A stretch of DNA of 64,000 nt from positions 52,514,001 through 52,578,000 of the forward strand of contig NC_043002.1 of assembly GCF_006345805.1 (NCBI RefSeq), written 5' to 3'. Origin of the DNA: Octopus sinensis. Taxonomy: Eukaryota. The notes under the pieces were generated by a model. That model saw only the letters and a program-made list of their open reading frames with translations. It was not told where the DNA came from and did not search any database. How positions within the stretch are numbered: position 1 is the stretch's first letter; every line of letters starts with the position of its first letter. The translations under genes and the position numbers were made by a program. Positions 13,316 through 26,260 of the stretch are shown here, piece by piece.

Positions 13316-16300
13316 CTAAGTCGTTCGAATCTTAATATGGATTTTGGAAAAGGGAAAAAAAATTATAATCTCAAAACTGAACGACCCTCATAGATACCCT
13401 TTGTGTTACATCTAAACACACCTTATGTCGCAAGGTTTGTTAATCTCTAATGTAGAGTAAATTTGTAAGGGAAGTAATTATTACTGGGGGGTTTTCTCAG
13501 CTATTTACATAAAATCAAAAGCAAATGAAATATTTGAATTGTTGCTGGGTTATGATACCTGATTACAGCGTAGTAGATTTGCATCATTTTAGAGTGGAAT
13601 GTTGGTGAGATAATGTAGAATACAAAAGTCTTCAATCGGTTATCCTTCACCCTATTGCCTTCGTTATGTTGATAACATAAGTATACATGCTTATATCAAT
13701 AAGCAGACAAATACATGCACACACCTTCATGGTAATATGTTTCCTATTGAGGCACAAGGCTTAACTTTTGTTATTGTTGATGTTTTTATCTTTGTTGTTG
13801 TTGTTGTTGTTCGGCACAAGATCAGACCTGATCCATTAGACCTATGATCAGAGGTCCAACTTTGATCATACTCTCTTTGTTCTCACTTATAGAGTATGTA
13901 GCAAGACATTATCCAACGCGTCCACCATTTTACCAATTTATGAAATAGATAATAAGTAGGGTGTGATATTTACTTGCAAGTTTTAGCAGATCGAATGGCC
14001 ACGGAGAGGTTCATTCCTTTGTTGGCACAAGGCTTTAACTCTTTGTTGTGTTTTTTTAAAGAAAATGTGTCTTCAATTCATTAATCTCCATATATTACAG
14101 GTATTTATTTTATCAACCATCTCTCCGTTTACTACAAGACCGGCGAGCAATGCCGATGGTTGATTGATTTAAATACAGCCTGAAAAAGAGACACAAGATT
14201 AAATACGATCGGCTGCCAACAACGCTAACCCTTTCTTTATATTCGTGGAAATGAGAAGCAAGAAAATTAATAGCAGCGTGACCATTATGTATGTAAGTAT
14301 TCAAGAAAGATGTTAAGAAGAAAAATGTCAGGAAGGAAAAATGAAACATATTTCATGTTATCCTTTGATACTTGACATTTTAGGAGACTTTCAAGCGAAA
14401 ACATTTCTAAAGAATATTTATGGAGCAAATAGATGAATAAAGTGTATTTTTTTTTCTTGAGGTAATGCTTGCTCAAAAGACCTTTTCTTGCAAAGATTAT
14501 GAGAACATGTATATATGGCCCCGTATTTATGAGCGTGCAAGTGTACGGTATAGTGCTAATATGTTTATGCATATTCTTTCACATCTAAGTTTGAACACCA
14601 TATACGTATATATCTGTCAGTACGTGTGCATGTATGTGTAAAAGTATATTTTATATATTCATATATATGCATATATATCAATATCTATATATGTAGATAT
14701 ATATATATACATATATATATATGTATATATATATATTTGTATGTATTTATATATGTAAGTATGTATGTATATGGATATATCTATATACATATGTGTGTGT
14801 ACGTACGATTGTATATATGTATGTTTATATGCATATACATATATCCTTTTTTACTATAACATTTGTATATGTGAGAGCTAAACTCCAGTTTCACCCCAGA
14901 CATTTGTCATTTTCAGTGAAACTACACAACCAATGCATCAAGAAACCAATAATAACAAATATAGGCAATATATGTTAACCTTTATCTTGTACTAAGTTAT
15001 TGCGTTTTGGAGGTGGTAGTGACATTTATTTTAAAGTTTCTTCTATTTTTGTTGTTGGTTTGTTGTTGTTGATCGGGTCCAGGTCAACCTCGATTGAGTA
15101 AACCTATCAACAAAGTCATGCTATACATGGTCAACGTCTATTTTGCTTTCAGACATCATATATTTCGGTACTCTTTGTCCAATATCTCTCTTAATTTCTG
15201 AAAACTTGAAGAGTGTTCTGAGCAAGATTTGGTAGTTCGTGTGACCGTATACAGTCCCCTTCGTTGCTGTCGATGCTTATTGCTTTGTATGCGTAAACGC
15301 CGTGTGGTTAAGTGGATATGATACGGAAGTACCTACTCATTGGTCTCGCATTCAAATCAAAAGCCCTGCCGAAATTTTGCTACTTTTCAGGACAAAATAC
15401 ATCTAGGCCCCTAGAAGTAGTATAGTAGTAATATAATGAACTGAAAAACTTTTAACTGAGATTATACTTGCAATCGGTAGACAAGTGATCACTCTAGGAA
15501 TTCATAGAATCTAAACCCAACCTGCAAAGCAGAAAACTCCAAATAATATCAGCAAATCCAAATATATGATAAAGAAAGACGATACAGTTAGAAGTGGATG
15601 TTTTTCTTTATTTCAAATGGTAAAATTCTTACATGTATGAAACTGTACATCAAATATGAAATGCTCTCGAAAAGCAGGCCGCATGAGACATGCTCTAAAA
15701 AAGCAAGTCGCATGAGACATGACTTATCATTAGGCGGCCGCACAGGTTAAAAAAATTCAAGGTAATTTTACTTCAGGCGTGCCAGGAGAGTAACTTGCTG
15801 GCCCGCAGGTTGCCTATACTGTTCTACTGTATGTGTGTTGAGCAAGGAGACGAGCTGGCAGAAACGTTAGCACGCCGGGCGAAATGCTTAACGCTATTTC
15901 GTCTGTCGCTACATTCTGAGTTCAAATTCCGCCGAGGTCCACTGTGCGGCACCTTGAGCAAGAGACTTCTACCACAGCCCCGAACCGACCAGTGATTTGG
16001 GAGTGAATGTAGTAGACTGAATCTGTGTGGAAGTCTGCCGTATACACGTGTGTGAGTGCTTGTGTTTTCCCCACCTAGCCGCACCACCTGATTACCGGTA
16101 TTGCTTTGTTTACGTTCTTGTAACATGGCAGTTCGGCAAAAGAAACTGATAGTATAAGTACAAGACAATAAATAAGTACTGGAGTCAATTTGTTCGACTA
16201 AAGCGCTTCGGGGCGATGCTGCAGCATGGCTACATTCCAATGACTGGAAGAAAAAAATAATGGTTCGTATTGCAAAGTAATGTGTTAAGGTGGTGGGCTT

Positions 16301-16869
16301 TTTTTTTAAATTTGCTTTCCAGGAAGTTATTGATGGAACGCTCCAGCGACGATTTGGCAAATATTCGAATACGTTTTGTACTTGATAAATCTCAGATATG
16401 CCATGGCAGCAGGCCGTTGCTGTTCTTTCTTCCACTGCTTCCATTCCGAATGTATCATCTTTGAAAAGGGTCGTTCAGATCGAAATATAATCAATAAGAA
16501 AAAAAAGATAAAGCAGTTTTGTTAAAATTGCATTATGCAACTTTCAGTTCAAATTCATATACACAATGGGTTTTAAAAAAATAATATACCCCCAAAAACC
16601 ACTTTAAAATCACTTTACATTCAGCTGTATTTATTTGAGTTAATACGATTTTCACCTTTTTTTCTCATATAAATATAATGTCAATCAATAGAATCTAAAA
16701 GAAACAATGGAACTATCAATATCATCTAAAAGGAACAATGTTTTATTAAAATTGCATTGTACAGCTTCGCTTTCAAAATTCTGATCAATACATATAGATA
16801 TATGTGTGTACAAACATATATGAATCTATGTGTATGTATGCTTGTACAAATAATTAGGAACGTGTGTGT

Positions 16870-17100
16870 GAAGGCACGTGACCTTATGGTTAGGGCGTTA
16901 TACTCGCATTCGCAAAATTGTACTTTCAATTTCTAATCTGTCGGTGCGTGGTATTCTTGAGCAAAACACTCCACATCACATTGTTACAGTCCACTCAGAT
17001 GTAAATGGATAACCCTGCGAAACCCTACGACGGACTGGCATCCCGTTCAGGAGGACTGGGGGCTTGCCTGCTTTAGCCAGCCAGCGGGGTGGCATCAGTT
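16870..17100 (+). mobile_element. SINE family 3 (tRNA head plus ttcttgagcaa..cagtccactcag central domain), decayed
   Basis: Shares its central block with 38591-38928 and 50434-50745. Confidence 0.55.
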
Positions 17101-17613
17101 GAAGTTGGGGGTGGTGGGGTGGAGGTGGATTGGGAAGTGTTGGCGAAGGAAGTGGTAATCGAAACACAGAGAGAGAGAGACAGACAGAGTGAGGCAGAGA
17201 GAGAGGGGGGCCACATTTAGGGTGGTCAGGGACAGAACACGAGAGTGAAAAATATTATTTGGGGATTTTGGGTAACATAATTTTAATGAAACAGCAAATG
17301 CTGATAATATTGAACTAGAATTTTTAAAATCTTAGAATTTTCAGCCAATCTGTGACAAAATTAGAGAAATAAGGGACGATGTGATAAACATGAATAAATG
17401 AGTAGGTGACGGATAACGAATATGCATGAACTTAAGTTTATCATAACACAACAGCGAGGAAGACGAAACTATGTTTACATGGTAATGAAATAGACAGAAT
17501 AATGAAAAGAACTAATAAGGGGTTTATGATCTGCGCGGAAATAGAGGAGCAGATGTACGAGATTGAAAAGACAAAATTTCCTATCTGAGCATCTTCTGGA
17601 CTAGTATTCTTTC

Positions 17614-17666
<53 letters not shown>

Positions 17667-17846
17667 TGTATGTATATTTGTTAGGTATTCCCAGTGGCTT
17701 CTTCTCCACTGGCTCCACCAAAAGTGAAGAATGTCGACGTTAAAGGCGCGAAATTGTAAGGAAACTTATGACGTTGGCTGATGAGGAATTAGCTACGAAT
17801 TTTCTGCTTGTTATGCTTTTGTAAAATTGTGTATTTTGTTACATAA

Positions 17847-17906
<60 letters not shown>

Positions 17907-19329
17907 TATATAACTGTAGCTTAAATAAAAGTTTACTGATCAAATCTGGAAAATGCCGTTTAAGCATATTATATGTTATAAAAAAGCTAAACAAAGCACT
18001 TATATGTTATAATTTGTTATGTTAACAATCTATAATGAATTGGCTGTAGCTGATATTTCGATATAAACGCCTTATTCGTGACTTGAAAAATTTCACAGGC
18101 GGCCAGAACTTTTATGGACAAAAATTTGAGTATAGTCAACTTGTCTTTGTTTGACGACATTTTTTCCTCTATTTGTGTGCAGAGCAATAATCTCGTCGAA
18201 GTCATAAGCTTTAGCAATATATTTCTCTCCTTTCCCCGCCTGATCGATTCTTGTTAGAAGTTGGTGCTGACGAAAGTCCACCTTAAAAACATGTTGTACT
18301 GCTGCAGGTTTAGGAACTTTATAGAAGCAGTCAATATAAGTATCAAGTTAGCAATTTGCAAGAAAGTACGTGAGGAACGTAGTTTTCAAGAATCTGTTTA
18401 AGAGATACTCGTATACAGTAGAAGTTAATGACAACATATACAAATGATTTCAGTAAGCTTTATTCTGTTATTTGCATGTAGAAAGGGGTTCGGGTCTCTT
18501 AATAAGCGTTGTGGATTCTTGTTTCAAGATATGGACATTTTGAGTCAGTTACAGAATGTATTTTCTTGATCTTTTGGAATACAGGTTTTTAGTTTTCATG
18601 AGCACTCCCTTTTCATATTCTAGACGTTTTAATTAACAACATTGAATCACTTGTGTTTATATATCTAAAGGAATTCGCGTGCTGTATTTTTCTAGTCTTG
18701 GAGATACTTTCTCTGTGACCTATGTAGTTTCATTTAAAATCATCGCCACTGTTCTTCTATATACTACTATCTTTTTGTAAGCTGACAAGACAGCGATTTA
18801 AAGCAGGAGAAATACACAAGATAATGTAGTCCTAGAAATTTACTAAATTAAAGAAGGGATAGCCACATCGGTTAGTTCGACCACATTTGAATACATCCAA
18901 CAAATCATTCATCAATCCAGAAGCGCTGATCTCCCGCTCTAAGCAGCAGGAAACTGCACCTTTGCATTGGGCCTATGCATAAACAGTGAGTGTTAAATGT
19001 CTTTTGCATTGATATATCAGAGCGCTGCTGACGAGGTGTGGCCTGTATATATTTTCGCCAATAGTTCAGCAACCAATCATTTACTATTTTTAATTTCATG
19101 TATAACTTTACAGCCTTTAAATTTACTCAGCGATGTGCGATTGAAGTCTAACCATGGTTAACACTATTCAAATTGAAGCACTCACACAAACGCACACATG
19201 TTTTTGCTTACGTACATACATATATAAATACAGTCACACACATACAATATATGCATACATATATATGGGTGCATGAATATGTAAATACACAAATAGTTTT
19301 ATATATGTATGTGCGTATGTATACAATAG

Positions 19330-19365
<36 letters not shown>

Positions 19366-19440
19366 ATGGATGGATAGATAGATAGATAGATAGATAGATG
19401 GATAGATAGATAGATGGATAGATAGATGGATAGATAGATG

Positions 19441-19475
<35 letters not shown>

Positions 19476-19847
19476 GGATAGATAGATGCATAGATAGATG
19501 CATAGATAGATAGATGGATAGATAGATGCATAGATAGATAGAAAATGCTGTCATAATGCACAACTGTATCAAATCAGCAACAGTGATTTAGCTATCGTTA
19601 TCAGATTTAAAAATATCATTGAGAAGATTATGTTCATCATCATCATCATTATTATCGTCGTCATCGTCTTGATTGAAATGATCACTATCGTTACCGTTTA
19701 CCATTCTTACTCCTTCATCCACCTTTATTTTCTTTCATTCATTTCATTTGCAGTTATATCTGTAATGACAAGCGCTACACTTAAAATGCTAGGCCAAACG
19801 TGTGTCCTGCCGGCTAATAAATCTCTGCAAGATACGTTGAAAAAGTA

Positions 19848-19849
<2 letters not shown>

Positions 19850-19900
<51 letters not shown>

Positions 19901-20168
19901 ATTATATATATATCTATAACTATATGTGTGTGTGTGTGGTGTGTGTGTATATGCTTGTATGCATATATATGTATATATGTATGTATGCATATATATGTAT
20001 ATATGTAATGTATGCATATATATGTATATATGTATGTATGCATATATATGTATATATGCATGTATGCATATAATGTATATGTATATGGATGTATGTATAT
20101 GTATATATATTTATGTATATATGTATGTATGTATATATATGTATATATATATATGTATATATTTTTGT

Positions 20169-20233
<65 letters not shown>

Positions 20234-20652
20234 CTATATGTGTGTGTGTGTGTGTGTGTGTATGCTTGTATGCATATATATGTATATATGTATGTATGCA
20301 TATATATGTATATATGTATGTATGCATATATATGTATATATGTATGTATGCATATATATGTATATATGCATGTATGCATATATATGTATATATGTATGTA
20401 TGTATATGTATATATATTTATGTATATATGTATGTATGTATATATATGTATATATATATATATGTATATATTTTTGTATATATATATAAATATAAATATA
20501 TATTATATACATATAGTATTTTCTTATATAAGTCTGTCTGTGTGTGAATTAATATATATTTTTAGGGGGATATTAACGTAGGGCAATATGGGTGTGTACA
20601 GAAATATATATTACGTACGTTTGTGACTATATATGCATATCATACATATTAT

Positions 20653-20723
<71 letters not shown>

Positions 20724-20760
20724 ATGTATATATTTTTTATATATACGTATATATATACAC
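19850..20760. repeat. Complex TA/TATG low-complexity tract with an internal ~310-bp duplication
   Basis: 19920-20230 resembles 20234-20500. Confidence 0.85.
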
Positions 20761-21378
20761 ACACCCATATGTTTGTATCTATGTGCCTTACATACCTATT
20801 TGTTCGTGAGTGAGTGATGTGTGTGTAGATATATGTGCATATGTATATATGTGTGTATGTCATTGTTCAGTTTTATTTCAAGATTTCTTGCCAATAAAGT
20901 GCCGGTTTCAAGGCTGCTTCATTGGAATTCCAACATGTATGTATGTATGTATGTATGTATGTATGTGTGTATGCATGTATGTATGCATGCATGTATGTAT
21001 GTATGCATGTATGCTCGTGCGTATGTAAATTCTAAGTCAACATGACACGCTCACAAGTAGTTCTGTTTACGAAATCTTCTCTAACGATACGATAAGAATC
21101 AACGCTGCAAGTCAAACTGCTTTGTTATCATATCAATTAAATATTAACATCTTACAGTGGCTAGTTAGATGTTCAGTTACATTTTACCTGGAGAGAATTG
21201 CTGTCGCTCATATAAAGCGAATTTATATATTATATCAATGATATACCGATATGTCAATGATTGGTGCGAATTCTGCATTGAGTGTGCTGTGCCACACCAC
21301 CGTCTGCCCCTTCCATGAAAACTCCTCCCTTTCACAACTCGATTACGTGCTTTTGCGTGTGCATGCGTGAGTGAGTGA

Positions 21379-21448
<70 letters not shown>

Positions 21449-22586
21449 GTGTGTGTGTATGCGTGCGTGTGTATGACTCTGGGTGTTTGTGTGTGTTTGT
21501 CATTATTTACTTTTATATCAAGATTTCTTGCCAATAAAGAGCCGGTTTCTAACCTAAATCCAAGGCTGCTTCACTGGAATTTCAGCATCATCAACAGAGT
21601 ATGCTTGCATGTATGTGTATATATGCCGCTGTATTTGGAGTCAGTGCATGTGCAGGTTTGTATATTTTGCTTTATGTATGTATTCTTATGCATATAGTTG
21701 CATATCTAGATATGCGCGTATATACTTAAATGATCAACTTCTAGAAAGTTTTCCAAATCAGTATTCAATTAATAACTCCAAGACGAGTATGTTTATAGAT
21801 ACGGTTTCTTCTATACCTACAGTTAGAAAGAATCTTCTAACATGTTGCACAGTATTTTTTTTTTAATGTCCTCAATGATAATTTTGAAGTTATCGTGTCC
21901 AGCCATGTTGTTGTGATGACTCTCTCTATGATAAACTCAAGTTTCAATCGAAAATAACTTCGATCTTCAATGAAAGATTCGCTCAGTTAATTCATCAGAA
22001 GATTTACCAGTTGTTTAATAGGGCAGATAGTTATGGCTTCAAAGCTGGAGATTGTATTCAAAGTATTTCGATAAATAGTTCTCCTCCGCGACAAATACGC
22101 TGTTTGTTGTTTCGAGTTAATGATGTATGTATGTATGTATGTTTATATGTATGTATGTGTATGTATGCGTGTGTGTGTATGTATGTATGTGTGTGTGGTA
22201 GTAAAAAGGCAGATAAACACAAGTAGTCATCGTTATTTCTTTGATTCGTTTCAAGAATAGAAGCCACATTTTCACTGGATCACAGCCTATCATCAACATT
22301 GCATACGGTAGTCTCAGAAGACAGGATGGTTATGGCTAGAGAGACTGCAATTATAGGTTTGCTCGTTCAGCATAAATTTAGGGTTAGACAAGTACGGCAA
22401 GATCATCAGCTTCAACAACTCAAACACGAATGTATGTAGTTGTTTACTCCATGTTAGCTCTGATTGACTAACTATTGTATAATTTCATCATAATACATGT
22501 TTAATGTTTGCATTCTCACAAAAATATGAGTTTTCTTAATGTAGTTTATGATTCCTTTGTTTTGTGTTCCTCTTTCAATTTATACA

Positions 22587-22623
<37 letters not shown>

Positions 22624-22715
22624 ATAATATTAATTCGAGACAAAACCACTATTTTGCAAAACAAACAAGGAAAGACTAATCAATACATACAAATTTAAAT
22701 AAAATAAATAAACCG

Positions 22716-22759
22716 CCACTACAATCGTTTCATGTCTTCAAATGACATTCGTCAGGTGG
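22716..22759 (-). ncRNA. Minimal type I hammerhead (family C, mirror copy)
   Basis: Reverse complement reads CCAC-CTGACGA-ATGTC..GACAT-GAAAC-gatt-GTA-GTGG; near-palindromic stem III ACGATTGT. Confidence 0.72.
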
Positions 22760-22816
22760 ATTTCCGATCTTCTAATCAGTTTTAAATTATTTAAAACTGA
22801 TTAGAAGATCGGAAAT

Positions 22817-22860
22817 CCACCTGACGAATGTCATTTGAAGACATGAAACTATTGTAGTGG
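22817..22860 (+). ncRNA. Minimal type I hammerhead (family C)
   Basis: CCAC-CTGACGA-ATGTC atttgaa GACAT-GAAAC-tatt-GTA-GTGG. Confidence 0.7.
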
Positions 22861-23428
22861 CGGTTTATTTATTTTATATTAAAATTTTTATGTATTGATT
22901 AAGTCTTTCCTTGTTTGTTTTGCAAAATAGTGGTTTTGTCTCGAATTAATATTATATAATATTTTACTATAAAATTGGATTTAATCCTAAATCTGATTTT
23001 TTCCCCTGTAAATTTGGATTTATTCCCTAATATTTATTATATATATATATATATATATATAAGAGATAATGGTGTCATTGAGACCCAAAGGTGTCAGGTA
23101 ATGCTGAATAAGTGCTATAGACAGACCATAGTTAAGTTCCAGATTCGGTAGTACTGTGAATAAAGGGTTCAACGTTGGTTCTATGTCAGCGTGTGTATAT
23201 ATGAAGTTTTGCGTAATGAGATAAAAAAAACCAACGCTGTATAGATATTAGAACCTCACTCTCTATTTGTATCACATCGAAACTAACTATGACTTAATTT
23301 TTCCTCTCACACCGTCTTCGATGAAGGGATACTATTAATTGATATCCTAGAAACAGCTCTAAGACCTTCTATCTATAAATGCTCTAATATCTATACAGCC
23401 TTGGTTTTTTATCTCATTACGCAAAAAA

Positions 23429-23462
<34 letters not shown>

Positions 23463-23673
23463 TCAATTTAGGGTAGCAAAAAATTCAGTAAAAATTTATC
23501 GCTACCAGCGGCCTAGTGGAAAAGAGAAAATAGTCAAAGACTAAATATATAAATATAACAATTAGGAATGGCCTAAACAGGCCATTCGTCCACCAGAAAG
23601 AGCAGCCAGAACTCCAACCGCAAGTAGTGTAATTCGGAAATAAGGTGAAAATTTAAAAATTTACCCTAATTCA

Positions 23674-23774
23674 TCTTTTATACGATGCATCGTTTCAGTG
23701 TCTTTAATGATAGACCAGCTCAATTAAATTAAATTAAGCTAGTCTACCATAGGTCACACTTCATCAGTAAAAGA
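23674..23774 (-). ncRNA. Type I hammerhead D1
   Basis: TCTTTTA-CTGATGA-AGTGT[long hairpin]ACACT-GAAAC-GATGCATC-GTA-TAAAAGA; perfect 7-bp stem I. Confidence 0.85.
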
Positions 23775-24140
23775 AACTGGGAGAGACGGATATACACGAG
23801 GCGACTGTATCAATGCCTCGGGAATATCTGTCTTAAAATTTTCAAGACCAACGCATTCGCGCCAAACTTATCGGCAGCAAATATAAACTGCCGATTCAAT
23901 CTCAGATTAGTCAGAAAATATCAATTAATCAATTTAGGGTAGCAAAAAATCAGTAAAAATTTATCGCTACCAGCGGCCTAGTGAAAAGAGAAAATTGTCA
24001 AAGACTAAATATATAAATATAACAATTTAGGAATGGCTAAACAGGCCATTCGTCCACCAGAAAGAGCAGCCAGAACTCCAACCGCCAAGTAGTGTAATTC
24101 TGAAATAAGGTGAAAATTTAAAAACATTTACCCTAATTCA

Positions 24141-24241
24141 TCTTTTATACGATGCATCGTTTCAGTGTCTTTAATGATAGACCAGCTCAATTAAATTAAA
24201 TTAAGCTAGTCTACCATAGGTCACACTTCATCAGTAAAAGA
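24141..24241 (-). ncRNA. Type I hammerhead D2
   Basis: Same fold, 467 bp from D1. Confidence 0.85.
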
Positions 24242-24666
24242 AACCTGGGAGAGACGGATATACACGAGGCGACTGTATCAATGCTCGGGAATATCTGTCT
24301 TAAAATTTTCAAGACCAACGCATTCGCGCCAAACTTATCGGCAGCAAATATAAACTGCCGATTCAATCTCAGAATTAGTCAGAAAATTATCAATAATCAA
24401 TTTAGGGTAGCAAAAAATTCAGTAAAAATTTATCGCTACCAGCGGCCTAGTGGAAAAGAAAATAGTCAAAGACTAAATATATAAATATAACAATTTAGGA
24501 ATGGCCTAAACAGCCATTCGTCCACCAGAAAGAGCAGCAGAACTCCAACCGCCAAGTAGTGTAATTCGGAAATAAGGTGAGCGAATGCGTTGGTCTTGAA
24601 AATTTTAAGACAGATATTCCCGAGCATTGATACAGTCGCCTCGTGTATATCCGTCTCTCCCAGGTT

Positions 24667-24765
24667 TCTTTTACTGATGAAGTGTGACCATGGTAGACTA
24701 GCTTAATTTAATTAATTGAGCTGGTCTATCATTAAAGACACTGAAACGATGCATCGTATAAAAGA
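24667..24765 (+). ncRNA. Type I hammerhead D3
   Basis: Same fold on the + strand; predicted cleavage after GTA at 24756-24758. Confidence 0.85.
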
Positions 24766-25131
24766 TTGAATTAGGGTAAATGTTTTTAAATTTTCACCTA
24801 TTTCCGAATTACACTCTGCGGTGGGGAGTTCTGGCTGCTCTTTCTGGTGGACGAATGGCCTGTTTAGGCCATTCCTAAATTGTTATATTTATATATTTAG
24901 TCTTTGACTATTTTCTCTTTTCCACTAGGCCGCTGGTAGCGATAAATTTTTACTGAATTTTTGCTACCCTAAATTGATTAATTGATAATTTTCTGATAAT
25001 TCTGAGATTGAATCGGCAGTTTATATTGCTGCCGATAAGTTTGGCGCGAATGCGTTGGTCTTGAAAATTTTAAGACAGATATTCCGAGGCATTGATACAG
25101 TCGCCTCGTGTATATCCGTCTCTCCCAGGTT

Positions 25132-25232
25132 TCTTTTACTGATGAAGTGTGACCTATGGAGACTAGCTTAATTTAATTTAATTGAGCTGGTCTATCATTA
25201 AAGACACTGAAACGATGCATCGTAATAAAAGA
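25132..25232 (+). ncRNA. Type I hammerhead D4
   Basis: Same core with one extra A after GTA. Confidence 0.7.
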
Positions 25233-25598
25233 TGAATTAGGGTAAATGTTTTTAAATTTTCACCTTATTTCAGAATTACACTACTTGCGGTTGGAGTTCT
25301 GGCTGCTCTTTCTGGTGGACGAATGGCTGTTTAGGCCATTCCTAAATTGTTATATTTATATATTTAGTCTTGACTATTTTCTCTTTTCCACTAGGCCGTG
25401 GTAGCGATAAATTTTTACTGAATTTTTGCTACCCTAAATTGATTAATTGATAATTTTCTGACTAATTCTGAGATTGAATCGGCAGTTTATATTTGCTGCC
25501 GATAAGTTTGGCGCGAATGCGTTGGTCTTGAAAATTTTAAGACAGATATTCCGAGGCATTGATACAGTCGCCTCGTGTATATCCGTCTCTCCCAGGTT

Positions 25599-25701
25599 TC
25601 TTTTACTGATGAAGTGTGACCTATGGTAGACTAGCTTAATTTAATTTAATTGAGCTGGTCTATCATTAAAGACACTGAAACGATGCATCGTATATAAAAG
25701 A
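25599..25701 (+). ncRNA. Type I hammerhead D5
   Basis: Same core with an extra TA after GTA. Confidence 0.7.
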
Positions 25702-26224
25702 TGAATTAGGGTAAAGGTTTTTAATTTTCACCTTATTCCGAATACATATACTTGGCGGTTGGAGTTCTGGCTGCTCTTTCTGGTGGACGAATGGCCTGTT
25801 TAGGCCATTCCTAAATTGTTATATATATATTATATATAATATTTGTATATTGTATGTATGTATGTATGTATGTATGTATTTTTATGTATGTATACATGTG
25901 TGTGTATATATATATATATGTGTGTGTGTGTGTATGTAGTATGTATGTATGCATATATGTATACAAGGGCAAATAGTTTATAATTTTCACCTTTAAAGGT
26001 ATTTTAATATGCTGCGATGTTTGATGAAATATATTAATGTATAATATAAAAACAGAGAGACATATATAACATCTATGTTTATACATATACATATATAATA
26101 TATATATATATATATATAATATATATATATTATAATATATATATATATATATGCATATATAAATATGTATTAAGTATGTATGTGTATATATATATGTATA
26201 TGCATATATATATATATATGTGTG

Positions 26225-26260
<36 letters not shown>

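Larger units (their letters stand above)
22622..23035. mobile_element. Foldback element C: ~165-bp inverted arms with minimal hammerheads, plus a 3' extension, in (TA)n
   Basis: 22622-22786 is the reverse complement of 22790-22957 with a ~3-nt loop; (TA)n on both flanks. Confidence 0.88.
23461..25826. mobile_element. Tandem-plus-inverted array of a ~467-bp hammerhead-containing unit (retrozyme-like or Penelope pseudo-LTR-like)
   Basis: About 2.4 units at 23461-24580, then about 2.65 units inverted at 24581-25826; (TA)n on both flanks; five HHR cores. Confidence 0.9.

Noticed and set aside
15200-15400. Weak fibronectin-III-like peptides (also near 12450 and 18050)
   Set aside because: Interrupted by stops, no consistent strand or splice pattern; similarity is at chance level.
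19789-20863. Long YI/HT/MYVC-repeat ORFs (also at 3.3, 4.3, 10.3, 27, 40, 47 and 52 kb)
   Set aside because: Stop-free translations of TA, CA and TATG microsatellites.
24540-24620. Inversion junction of array D as a missed-adapter long-read artefact
   Set aside because: The junction is not mirror-symmetric: it jumps between different positions of the unit. An artefact is therefore unlikely but not excluded; the homopolymer indels suggest low-coverage consensus.
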